From Macrostomum hystrix (Eukaryota; Animalia; Platyhelminthes): a DNA stretch of 64,000 nucleotides. The notes below the pieces were generated by a model, which saw nothing but the letters and a program-made list of their open reading frames with translations, was not told where the DNA came from and made no database searches. The stretch is taken from NCBI GenBank assembly GCA_950097015.1, contig CATNEN010000031.1, positions 1,054,001-1,118,000 of the forward strand, given 5' to 3'. The position numbers and the translations under genes were made by a program. Shown piece after piece: positions 1-12,990 of this stretch (position 1 is the first letter of the stretch; each line of letters begins with the position of its first letter).

Positions 1-1077
1 AAGCTGCAGTCTTTAAGTTAAAGTCTTTCTATCCAATTGCATGACCAGCCAGCGCACAAACCCCCCCTTTTTAAAAGCAAGCTATCTATTCTATGACTCC
101 ATTCGGGGGGTTGGCGTTTGCGCTGAAAGTCTCATATGTACATTCTCTATGTACATTTGCTCCGCCCAGACAAATTGCGGGCCGCGTGCACGCGAGAGCT
201 GAGTTTAAGGGCACATTTAAAACGAGAAAAAGAGTTCAAGCGGAGAAGGGTCTCGAGAAAGTGATCTGTCTTGTTCATGCTGGTTCCAAAAAAGGCGCCG
301 TTGCATTATGTAAGCGGCTTACGCATGCAGGGCCAGTTGTTTTAAAATTTCAACAACTAGCACGATAATTCCCCTTGTTAAAACTATTTTTGTATTATTT
401 GAAATATATCATGCTGCTTGATAGTTCTGATCCAGGATTGAAAAGACTAAGAAATTTAACTAGTCGACACATTTTAATAATAAAGTAATATAGTTGTGTT
501 AACAGTCGGGCTTTGTTTTTCATGCAGCTGCATTTTTTGTTGTTGTAAATAAACTACAAAATGTGCTGCCCATGTAGATTACAGTACAGTTAGTAACATT
601 GTTAGCTTCATCGGCTCATGATTCACAATTCATTGTAGGGCCTAGTCAAACAAAGAGGATACCTCTAATAAAGCTCATATAGGATATGGCAGGAGATAAG
701 GGCTTTAAAGAGCAAGAGTGAGACTCATTTCCACTTTCATCTCTATCCCGTGACCTGGCTGGCTGAGCCTAGTGACTGTCTCTGTCGGGCCTCTTACACC
801 GCGTGCAATACAGGCTGTGGCTCGCTGGGCAATAATCAGCTCTATGGACCAGCTGGAAGCGAGTATTGAAATTCAGCCGTAAGCTTCGCATAAAATAGTG
901 CAGCGTGAGCTTACTCATACAGTCAGTCATTGAATTGCAGTCTTGAGGGAAGCTAACATCTTTATTGCATGAGCATTGACATTATCGATGGTAACGCAGA
1001 GGCAAATACTTGCACACACCTTCTCTGCCATACAGGATAATGTAATCGAAAAAGAGGTCAAAACTGTACCTGGAGCT

Positions 1078-2517
1078 TGGAGGTTGATGAGTGACCAAAA
1101 CTACCTGGAGGTTGATGAGTGACCAAAACTACCTGGAGGTTGATGAGTGACCAAAACTACCTGGAGGTTGATGAGTGACCAAAACTACCTGGAGGTTGAT
1201 GAGTGACCAAAACTACCTGGAGGTTGATGAGTGACGAAAACTACCTGGAGGTTGATGAGTGACCAAAACTACCTGGTGGTTGATGAGTGACCAAAACTAC
1301 CTGGAGGTTGATGAGTGACGAAAACTACCTGGAGGTTGATGAGTGACCAAAACTACCTGGAGGTTGATGAGTGACCAAAACTACCTGGAGGTTGATGAGT
1401 GACCAAAACTACCTGGAGGTTGATGAGTGACCAAAACTACCTGGAGGTTGATGAGTGACCAAAACTACCTGGAGGTTGATGAGTGACCAAAACTACCTGG
1501 AGGTTGATGAGTGACGAAAACTACCTGGAGGTTGATGAGTGACCAAAACTACCTGGTGGTTGATGAGTGACCAAAACTACCTGGAGGTTGATGAGTGACG
1601 AAAACTACCTGGAGGTTGATGAGTGACCAAAACTACCTGGAGGTTGATGAGTGACCAAAACTACCTGGAGGTTGATGAGTGACCAAAACTACCTGGAGGT
1701 TGATGAGTGACCAAAACTACCTGGAGGTTGATGAGTGACCAAAACTACCTGGAGGTTGATGAGTGACGAAAACTACCTGGAGGTTGATGAGTGACCAAAA
1801 CTACCTGGTGGTTGATGAGTGACCAAAACTACCTGGAGGTTGATGAGTGACGAAAACTACCTGGAGGTTGATGAGTGACCAAAACTACCTGGAGGTTGAT
1901 GAGTGACGAAAACTACCTGGAGGTTGATGAGTGACGAAAACTACCTGGAGGTTAATGAGTGACCAAAACTACCTGGAGGTTGATGAGTGACGAAAACTAC
2001 CTGGAGGTTGATGAGTGACGAAAACTACCTGGAGGTTGATGAGTGACGAAAACTACCTGGAAGTTGATGAGTGACGAAAACTACCTGGAGGTTGATGAGT
2101 GACGAAAATTACCTGGAGGTTGATGAGTGACCAAAACTACCTGGAGGTTGATGAGTGACGAAAACTACCTGGTGGTTGATGAGTGACCAAAACTACCTGG
2201 AGGTTGATGAGTGACGAAAACTACCTGGAGGTTAATGAGTGACCAAAACTACCTGGAGGTTGATGAGTGACCAAAACTACCTGGAGGTTGATGAGTGACC
2301 AAAACTACCTGGAGGTTGATGAGTGACCAAAACTACCTGGAGGTTGATGAGTGACCAAAACTACCTGGAGGTTGATGAGTGACGAAAACTACCTGGAGGT
2401 TGATGAGTGACGAAAACTACCTGGAAGTTGATGAGTGACGAAAACTACCTGGAGGTTGATGAGTGACGAAAACTACCTGGAGGTTGATGAGTGACCAAAA
2501 CTACCTGGTGGTTGATG
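1078..2517. repeat. 28-bp minisatellite (CTACCTGGAGGTTGATGAGTGACCAAAA), about 51 copies
   Basis: Unit recurs every 28 bp (1081, 1109...); only scattered single-base variants; no unique spacers. Confidence 0.97.
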
Positions 2518-3566
2518 TGGGATAAAAAGTTGCAGTGTGCCGCAGGCTAAGTTCTGTGTACTTGTGTCTTAATCCACTGAAGCTCCTTGAAAAGCCATAA
2601 CCAAGTTTTAAGAGAGAGGCAAAGATTGCTAGTACTATTTTGGCGCCCAGTTCGATTAGGTGCGCTAAGGTGGATAATATAGTACCCATGCAAATAGCAC
2701 TTGTACTTCACTTACCTGTAATCCGGTATTGGTGCAGGGCGCAGGTAAGCCTTCCCTTCTGAGTAAAGCAACCAGTTTTGGAAGGTGGACAAAAGGGTAA
2801 GAGAGTGCGGTGGCCAAAAAAGATTTGGTAAGAGCTTATACCGGTCGTTGGTTCGCTTGTCACAGCTGCGCTGGACAGCTACCAGATCCCTACTGGCTAT
2901 CGGGAATCGGAGGTAAAGAGGGAAGAATTTAGGCTTAGTAGAAGCGGGGCATAGGACAGCCGGCCGACACTGCAAAGACTTGTGGCGGAATCATAAAAGT
3001 TGCGGGCGTAAATATAGGAGCAGCGGAATGGCTGTTGGAGGATTTCAAAATGTGGGATTAGCATGAGGAGATCGTTGAGAAGGAGGGGCTATCGTGTCGT
3101 GCCTCTTGCCAGAAGCCCTGTTAAACTTTCTATATTTATAAAAGCGAGCGCACGGGACAGAAGACCAGGTGGCATCCACCTCAGCAATTCCCGCCCACTG
3201 GGAGAATCACCCGGGCCAATGGGATCATCAGAACAAGCTACAGCTTGCCGGCTGGGGTGGGCCCGTCTCTTTGTGAAGTGATCTCACCCGTACACTAGAG
3301 GCCTCAAGAAAGAAGACGGATTTAAATCAAGTGTATTTTTTAGGAAACTCATGACTGTAAAATGGCAAGCGATTGAGTGGAATTGAGTGGAACACGAGTT
3401 ATTACAACTTGTAATTATCATTCCCCTGTAGGCAACGCAGAAAATACCGAAAATGATCTCATTACATACCTTACTCCTGAATAAGGTACAATTATTGTGA
3501 TTTTTATTACATTTTAGTTAATTAACCTACACGCCGAAGGAAAATCAAAATACTCAAATATTAAGA

Positions 3567-4150
3567 GAACACTCACTCAATGAAGGATTGGGAGAAGACT
3601 CACTCACTGATGGGTTGGGAGAACACTCACTTACTGAATGATTAGGAGAACACTCACTCACTGAAGGGTTGGGATAACACTCACTCACTGAAGGGTTGGG
3701 ATAACACTCACTCACTGAAGGATTGGGAGAAGACTCACTCACTGAAGGATTGGGAGAACACTCACTAACTGAAGGATTGGGAGAACACTCACTCACTGAT
3801 GGAATGGTGAGAACACTCACTCACTGATGGATTGGGAGAACACTCACTCACTGATGGATTGGGATAACACTCACTCACTGAAGGATTCGGAGAACACTCA
3901 CTAACTGAAGGATTGGGAGAACACTCACTCACTGAAGGGTTGGGATAACACTCACTCACTGAAGGATTGGGAGAACACTCACTCACTGAAGGATTGGGAG
4001 AACACTCACTCACTGAAGGGTTGGGAGAACACTCACTCACTGAAGGGTTGGGATAACACTCACTCACTGAAGGATTGGGAGAACACTCACTCACTGAAGG
4101 ATTGGGATAACACTCACTCACTGAAGGATTGGGAGAACACTCACTCACTC
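3567..4150. repeat. 27-bp minisatellite (CTCACTCACTGAAGGATTGGGAGAACA)
   Basis: Direct tandem units; explains the 9-aa SECSPNPSV repeat ORFs. Confidence 0.95.
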
Positions 4151-4798
4151 AAGCATTTAAAAGTGCGTGATTGTCATGAGGAGGACGTTGTGGAGAATGT
4201 GGAAGGAGACTATTGTTGCTGTAGGGGTTAAACCCACGGGATTTGCCTTCGCGCTTCGAGTAGGTTAACCGTTGAAGAGAAAATTGAAGATGAAGATAAT
4301 TTTTGTGGTTCATGACCCAGAAAATTCTTTATCTGAAGAATCAATATTGCTTGTTTGATTTTGCAATCTTTTTTAGACTGAGAAAATCGAAGTTCAATAA
4401 AACTTCAAGCCAGGTTTGCGCCACAGTCGTGGGCTCAAACATTTGGTTCTAATCTGAAAGCTGTATCTATTGCCCTGCTAATTAAAATACTGATTCTAGT
4501 TAAATAAAAGAATTTCTCTTTCATCTCATCGAAACTGTGGAACTCGTGGTCAAAATCAATTAAGGGAAAGACTAGAATCACTCCGAAAATAGCAGGATAC
4601 GAAACACGGAGACCTAATCGGCGCAGCAGCTGCTTGGCAACGGGCTGCTGTTCTTCCCACAACTTGTTCCAACTAACTTCCTATGTTTCTCACCGGTTGT
4701 ATTTCTTTACTTTCGGATTTTTCACACGAGAAGTATCTTATTGAGAACATGTACATGTCTCCAGGCGCTATATTTAATATTCTTCTTGTGGAAGAGAA

Positions 4799-7700
4799 GA
4801 GGCATGGGAGAGATGAGGCATGGGAGAGATGAGGCATGGGAGAGATGAGGCATGGGAGAGATGAGGCATGGGAGAGATGAGGCATGGGAGAGATGAGGCA
4901 TGGGAGAGATGAGGCATGGGAGAGATGAGGCATGGGAGAGATGAGGCATGGGAGAGATGAGGCATGGGAGAGATGAGGCATGGGAGAGATGAGGCATGGG
5001 AGAGATGAGGCATGGGAGAGATGAGGCATGGGAGAGATGAGGCATGGGAGAGATGAGGCATGGGAGAGATGAGGCATGGGAGAGATGAGGCATGGGAGAG
5101 ATGAGGCATGGGAGAGATGAGGCATGGGAGAGATGAGGCATGGGAGAGATGAGGCATGGGAGAGATGAGGCATGGGAGAGATGAGGCATGGGAGAGATGA
5201 GGCATGGGAGAGATGAGGCATGGGAGAGATGAGGCATGGGAGAGATGAGGCATGGGAGAGATGAGGCATGGGAGAGATGAGGCATGGGAGAGATGAGGCA
5301 TGGGAGAGATGAGGCATGGGAGAGATGAGGCATGGGAGAGATGAGGCATGGGAGAGATGAGACACGGGGGAGATGAGACATTGTGGGGTAATGAGACATG
5401 GAGAGATGAGACACGGGAGAGATGAGACACGGGGGAGATGAGACATTGTGGGGTAATGAGACATGGAGAGATAAGACACGGGAGAGATGAGACACGGGGG
5501 AGATGAGACACGGGAGAGATGAGACACGGGGGAGATGAGACACGGGAGAGATGAGACACGGGAGAGATGAGATACGGGGGAGATAAGACACGGGAGAGAT
5601 GAGACACGGGAGAGATGAGACATTGTGGGGTAATGAGACATGGAGAGATGAGACACGGGAGAGATGAGACACGGGAGAGATGAGACACGGGAGAGATGAG
5701 ACACGGGAGAGATGAGACACGGGAGAGATGAGACACGGGAGAGATGAGACACGGGAGAGATGAGACACGGGAGAGATGAGACACGGGAGAGATGAGACAC
5801 GGGAGAGATGAGACACGGGAGAGATGAGACACGGGAGAGATGAGACACGGGAGAGATGAGACACGGGAGAGATGAGACACGGGAGAGATGAGACACGGGA
5901 GAGATGAGACACGGGAGAGATGAGACACGGGAGAGATGAGACACGGGAGAGATGAGACACGGGAGAGATGAGACACGGGAGAGATGAGACACGGGAGAGA
6001 TGAGACACGGGAGAGATGAGACACGGGAGAGATGAGACACGGGAGAGATGAGACACGGGAGAGATGAGACACGGGAGAGATGAGACACGGGAGAGATGAG
6101 ACACGGGAGAGATGAGACACGGGAGAGATGAGACACGGGAGAGATGAGACACGGGAGAGATGAGACACGGGAGAGATGAGACACGGGAGAGATGAGACAC
6201 GGGAGAGATGAGACACGGGAGAGATGAGACACGGGAGAGATGAGACACGGGAGAGATGAGACACGGGAGAGATGAGACACGGGAGAGATGAGACACGGGA
6301 GAGATGAGACACGGGAGAGATGAGACACGGGAGAGATGAGACACGGGAGAGATGAGACACGGGAGAGATGAGACACGGGAGAGATGAGACACGGGAGAGA
6401 TGAGACACGGGAGAGATGAGACACGGGAGAGATGAGACACGGGAGAGATGAGACACGGGAGAGATGAGACACGGGAGAGATGAGACACGGGAGAGATGAG
6501 ACACGGGAGAGATGAGACACGGGAGAGATGAGACACGGGAGAGATGAGACACGGGAGAGATGAGACACGGGAGAGATGAGACACGGGAGAGATGAGACAC
6601 GGGAGAGATGAGACACGGGAGAGATGAGACACGGGAGAGATGAGACACGGGAGAGATGAGACACGGGAAAGATGAGACACGAGAGAGATGAGACACGGGA
6701 GAGATGAGACACGGGAGAGATGAGACACGGGAGAGATGAGACACGGGAGAGATGAGACACGGGAGAGATGAGACACGGGAGAGATGAGACACGGGAGAGA
6801 TGAGACACGGGAGAGATGAGACACGGGAGAGATGAGACACGGGAGAGATGAGACACGGGAGAGATGAGACACGGGAGAGATGAGACACGGGAGAGATGAG
6901 ACACGGGAGAGATGAGACACGGGAGAGATGAGACACGGGAGAGATGAGACACGGGAAAGATGAGACACGAGAGAGATGAGACACGGGAGAGATAAGACAC
7001 GGGAGAGATGAGACATGGAGAGATGAGACACGGGAGAGATGAGACACGGGAGAGATGAGACATGGAGAGATGAGACACGGGAGAGATGAGACACGGGAGA
7101 GATGAGACACGGGAGAGATGAGACACGGGAGAGATGAGACACGGGAGAGATGAGACACGGGAGAGATGAGACATGGAGAGATGAGACACGGGAGAGATGA
7201 GACACGGGAGAGATGAGACACGGGAGAGATGAGACATGGAGAGATGAGACACGGGAGAGATGAGACACGGGAGAGATGAGACACGGGAGAGATGAGACAC
7301 GGGAGAGATGAGACACGGGAGAGATGAGACACGGGAGAGATGAGACACGGGAGAGATGAGACACGGGAGAGATGAGACACGGGAGAGATGAGACACGGGA
7401 GAGATGAGACACGGGAGAGATGAGACACGGGAGAGATGAGACACGGGAGAGATGAGGCACGGGAGAGATGAGACACGGGAGAGATGAGACACGGGAGAGA
7501 TGAGACACGGGAGAGATGAGACACGGGAGAGATGAGACACGGGAGAGATGAGACACGGGAGAGATGAGACACGGGAGAGATGAGACACGGGAGAGATGAG
7601 ACACGGGAGAGATGAGACACGGGAGAGATGAGACACGGGAGAGATGAGACACGGGAGAGATGAGACACGGGAGAGATGAGACACGGGAGAGATGAGACAC

Positions 7701-10700
7701 GGGAGAGATGAGACACGGGAGAGATGAGACACGGGAGAGATGAGACACGGGAGAGATGAGACACGGGAGAGATGAGACACGGGAGAGATGAGACACGGGA
7801 GAGATGAGACACGGGAGAGATGAGACACGGGAGAGATGAGACACGGGAGAGATGAGACATGGAGAGATAAGACACGGGAGAGATGAGACACGGGAGAGAT
7901 GAGACACGGGAGAGATGAGACACGGGAGAGATGAGACGCGGGAGAGATGAGACACGGGAGAGATGAGACGCGGGAGAGATGAGACACGGGAGAGATGAGG
8001 CGCGGGAGAGATGAGACACGGGAGAGATGAGACGCGGGAGAGATGAGACACGGGAGAGATGAGACACGGGAGAGATGAGACACGGGAGAGATGAGACACG
8101 GGAGAGATGAGACATGGAGAGATGAGACACGGGAGAGATGAGGCGCGGGAGAGATGAGACATGGAGAGATGAGACACGGGAGAGATGAGACACGGGAGAG
8201 ATGAGACATGGAGAGATGAGACACGGGAGAGATGAGACACGGGAGAGATGAGACACGGGAGAGATGAGACACGGGAGAGATGAGACACGGGAGAGATGAG
8301 ACACGGGAGAGATGAGGCACGGGAGAGATGAGACACGGGAGAGATGAGACACGGGAGAGATGAGACACGGGAGAGATGAGACACGGGAGAGATGAGACAC
8401 GGGAGAGATGAGACGCGGGAGAGATGAGACACGGGAGAGATGAGACACGGGAGAGATGAGACACGGGAGAGATGAGACACGGGAGAGATGAGACACGGGA
8501 GAGATGAGACACGGGAGAGATGAGACACGGGAGAAATGAGACACGGGAGAGATGAGACACGGGAGAGATGAGACACGGGAGAGATGAGACACGGGAGAGA
8601 TGAGACACGGGAGAGATGAGACACGGGAGAGATGAGACGCGGGAGAGATGAGACACGGGAGAGATGAGACACGGGAGAGATGAGACGCGGGAGAGATGAG
8701 ACACGGGAGAGATGAGACATAGAGAGATAAGACACGGGAGAGATGAGACACGGGAGAGATGAGACACGGGAGAGATGAGACACGGGAGAGATGAGACGCG
8801 GGAGAGATGAGACACGGGAGAGATGAGACGCGGGAGAGATGAGACACGGGAGAGATGAGACACGGGAGAGATGAGACACGGGAGAGATGAGACACGGGAG
8901 AGATGAGACACGGGAGAGATGAGACACGGGAGAGATGAGACACGGGAGAGATGAGACACGGGAGAGATGAGACACGGGAGAGATGAGACACGGGAGAGAT
9001 GAGACACGGGAGAGATGAGACACGGGAAAGATGAGACACGAGAGAGATGAGACACGGGAGAGATAAGACACGGGAGAGATGAGACATGGAGAGATGAGAC
9101 ACGGGAGAGATGAGACACGGGAGAGATGAGACATGGAGAGATGAGACACGGGAGAGATGAGACACGGGAGAGATGAGACACGGGAGAGATGAGACACGGG
9201 AGAGATGAGACACGGGAGAGATGAGACACGGGAGAGATGAGACATGGAGAGATGAGACACGGGAGAGATGAGACACGGGAGAGATGAGACACGGGAGAGA
9301 TGAGACATGGAGAGATGAGACACGGGAGAGATGAGACACGGGAGAGATGAGACACGGGAGAGATGAGACACGGGAGAGATGAGACACGGGAGAGATGAGA
9401 CACGGGAGAGATGAGACACGGGAGAGATGAGACACGGGAGAGATGAGACACGGGAGAGATGAGACACGGGAGAGATGAGACACGGGAGAGATGAGACACG
9501 GGAGAGATGAGACACGGGAGAGATGAGGCACGGGAGAGATGAGACACGGGAGAGATGAGACACGGGAGAGATGAGACACGGGAGAGATGAGACACGGGAG
9601 AGATGAGACACGGGAGAGATGAGACACGGGAGAGATGAGACACGGGAGAGATGAGACACGGGAGAGATGAGACACGGGAGAGATGAGACACGGGAGAGAT
9701 GAGACACGGGAGAGATGAGACACGGGAGAGATGAGACACGGGAGAGATGAGACACGGGAGAGATGAGACACGGGAGAGATGAGACACGGGAGAGATGAGA
9801 CACGGGAGAGATGAGACACGGGAGAGATGAGACACGGGAGAGATGAGACACGGGAGAGATGAGACACGGGAGAGATGAGACACGGGAGAGATGAGACACG
9901 GGAGAGATGAGACACGGGAGAGATGAGACATGGAGAGATAAGACACGGGAGAGATGAGACACGGGAGAGATGAGACACGGGAGAGATGAGACACGGGAGA
10001 GATGAGACGCGGGAGAGATGAGACACGGGAGAGATGAGACGCGGGAGAGATGAGACACGGGAGAGATGAGGCGCGGGAGAGATGAGACACGGGAGAGATG
10101 AGACGCGGGAGAGATGAGACACGGGAGAGATGAGACACGGGAGAGATGAGACACGGGAGAGATGAGACACGGGAGAGATGAGACATGGAGAGATGAGACA
10201 CGGGAGAGATGAGGCGCGGGAGAGATGAGACATGGAGAGATGAGACACGGGAGAGATGAGACACGGGAGAGATGAGACATGGAGAGATGAGACACGGGAG
10301 AGATGAGACACGGGAGAGATGAGACACGGGAGAGATGAGACACGGGAGAGATGAGACACGGGAGAGATGAGACACGGGAGAGATGAGGCACGGGAGAGAT
10401 GAGACACGGGAGAGATGAGACACGGGAGAGATGAGACACGGGAGAGATGAGACACGGGAGAGATGAGACACGGGAGAGATGAGACGCGGGAGAGATGAGA
10501 CACGGGAGAGATGAGACACGGGAGAGATGAGACACGGGAGAGATGAGACACGGGAGAGATGAGACACGGGAGAGATGAGACACGGGAGAGATGAGACACG
10601 GGAGAAATGAGACACGGGAGAGATGAGACACGGGAGAGATGAGACACGGGAGAGATGAGACACGGGAGAGATGAGACACGGGAGAGATGAGACACGGGAG

Positions 10701-11027
10701 AGATGAGACGCGGGAGAGATGAGACACGGGAGAGATGAGACACGGGAGAGATGAGACGCGGGAGAGATGAGACACGGGAGAGATGAGACATAGAGAGATA
10801 AGACACGGGAGAGATGAGACACGGGAGAGATGAGACACGGGAGAGATGAGACACGGGAGAGATGAGACGCGGGAGAGATGAGACACGGGAGAGATGAGAC
10901 GCGGGAGAGATGAGACACGGGAGAGATGAGGCGCGGGAGAGATGAGACATGGAGAGATGAGACACGGGAGAGATGAGACACGGGAGAGATGAGACATGGA
11001 GAGATGAGACACGGGAGAGATGAGGCA
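4799..11027. repeat. 6.2-kb 16-bp satellite: (GGGAGAGATGAGGCAT)n at about 4799-5355, then (GGGAGAGATGAGACAC)n, containing a 2071-bp higher-order duplication
   Basis: 16-bp period; minus strand has no stop codons, so all three frames are open; rare variants recur 2071 bp apart. Confidence 0.97.
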
Positions 11028-12399
11028 CTGTGAAGAAAAATCTCGTCTCTTAGCTTGAGAGTTTTACAGAGTTTTGCTTTCGGTCCAAACTATATTTGTG
11101 GCAGTTAAGAAGACTATTATAACTTTTTCCTATTCAGGAAATCTACGAGTTCGTATGGTATCTTTTGTCAGATCGTGCAAGTGAAGACGACTAGAGAGAA
11201 TTGAAAATAAAATTAATATTATCAGCGAATTTTCGAGTTAATTAATTATTCAGCGAATTAAGCTCGATCGCGTTTCCCAAATGCTGTCTGAATTCTACAG
11301 AAGTAAGAAATATGCGTCAGCAGTAAAATCTATCGAGGAAGGTCATGACCATGAAAGGCAAGCCTGGACAGAGGATAATGCAGCCCTCTGCTAATCGTTT
11401 TTTCCTAGTTTCATGTTTTAGAAAGCACAAACCCCTGCTGTACAATCCCTAATATGTATAGCTATTGTGCTGGCACACTTAAAGCAGATGCATGCACGAA
11501 CGGTCACTTAAGAGAGTTAGCAGTTGGCTGCATCATGAAGCAAATTCGGATCCCGTGTTGAACTGACCTGACTGGTGGGGCACTGCAGACTGCGCTGTAT
11601 ATACTCTGTACGAGTTAGTCAACACGCTTCTGGCTTCCCAGGCAATGCCAGACCTGACCACTTTTGAAATTATACCCGTCGCTGGTGGCATGGGGTGGTC
11701 CCGCTGTATCGAGGCAAGTTCATTTTTTCAGCATTTTTTGTAAATGAAGCGCTATAGTTTTTAGCTGTATTGTATATGCCCAGCAACAAAGATGGGATAA
11801 TTTGCCTATGCACGCGTGCCCCGTACCTAGACGCACCATGTCCATCTCCGCTCAGACTTGACCACTGTGTCAGGTTTTGCATAGTTAAGGATACAGTTGC
11901 GGCAACCAATTAATAAGCGCGTGCCAATTCCAAGTGAAAACTAGCTAGGCCATACCCATCGACTCTCCAAGATTTGGTATCGATGCACTGAATTGATTTC
12001 CCGCCCGGGTCCATCATGTCACTTCTAAGGCTTATAATTGCTTGGCCAGCCAGGGTCATAAGGGGACACATGCTATTGCATGCAGTGCAGCACCTATTGA
12101 TCCAATGTTTAAGGCTGCTATCTTCTCCAATGATGTAACAAGCATCTCTACTGGATGAAAGCACACTATAGCTTGTATGTCTGTCTGTGTTTCTTATCCT
12201 TCTTCAGCCATGCAGCAAAAGTTGGTATAGAATGAATTTCAATGCACTTAAATCAACTCAGCGGTTGAATTGTACTTCATGCAAATAATTTTCACACAGT
12301 TTTCTGTGTTGCAATTGAGTGAATAACTCGGTGGCAGTATAATATGAGGCTTGTCCTCCGTTCAAAATACCACACCGCGAATGTCATTATATGATGACA

Positions 12400-12990
12400 T
12401 TGCTATCGACCACCGCCTTGAACAGCGCCGCCCTCTAGTATAGCGAACAGGTATAGGGCCTCGGACTGCAGGACTGCAGGACAGGGCGAAAAGGCAGCCC
12501 AGCCTAGCCGAGCCAGCAGCGATGCCGCAAATCTTCGCGGACGTCAGGTGCCATCAGACCACCGAGGTGATGAACTGCTTACAGCGCGGAAGCTCCGTTA
12601 CATGCCCGTCAGCACATCGGCAATATATTGCGGCACGCAGAGCACGCCGGTCTTCCTCGTGATGACCACCAAGCCGACGCTCGCTGCAACGCCAACCATC
12701 TTGTTTAGCTTGGCCGCCCTCTACGGTCAAGGACAGCAGCGCGAGGTCGTCGGTGTAGCCAAGTAAGCTAAGCCGCCTTTCCAGTTGACGTCGACCCACG
12801 CGTCGTCGCCGCCGGTTTGGAAGAACAGCACCAAGAGTCAAGTCCCAGGACAAACAGAAACGGCGCTGGTGTGTCCCGCTCGAGCACGCCGGATCGGATG
12901 TCTCGAATGAGTCAGACAGGCCGTTCGGCATCATCTGCTCATCCCGTATTTTAGCACAGTCGTACAAAGCCATCAAGAGATGCACTGCTG
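12400..12990 (-). mobile_element. Decayed non-LTR retrotransposon (LINE) reverse-transcriptase fragment
   Basis: ORF 12554-12985 contains LLGYTDDLALLSLTVEGGQ (YADD catalytic motif variant). Frameshifted pieces downstream read LGGL..DVREDLR..., VLQSEAL..., RAALFKAVV, typical of the post-RT region of RTE/CR1-like LINEs. Confidence 0.8.

Noticed and set aside
300-362. Hairpins followed by CTAG, resembling a Helitron 3' end
   Set aside because: Stem is AT-rich, the following base is not T, and there is no second copy or 5' TC end in the window.
1078-2517. CRISPR-like array or C/D-box snoRNA array (TGATGA in each 28-bp unit)
   Set aside because: No unique spacers, no cas genes, eukaryotic context, and no D box (CTGA) partner.
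2501-3300. Short ORFs with a minus-strand donor near 2714 as a possible exon or retroelement piece
   Set aside because: No recognisable motif and no consistent partner exon found.
4673-11028. Three overlapping ~2100-aa minus-strand ORFs
   Set aside because: Artefact of a 16-bp unit with no stop codon on that strand; all three frames give the same 16-aa repeat and no domains.
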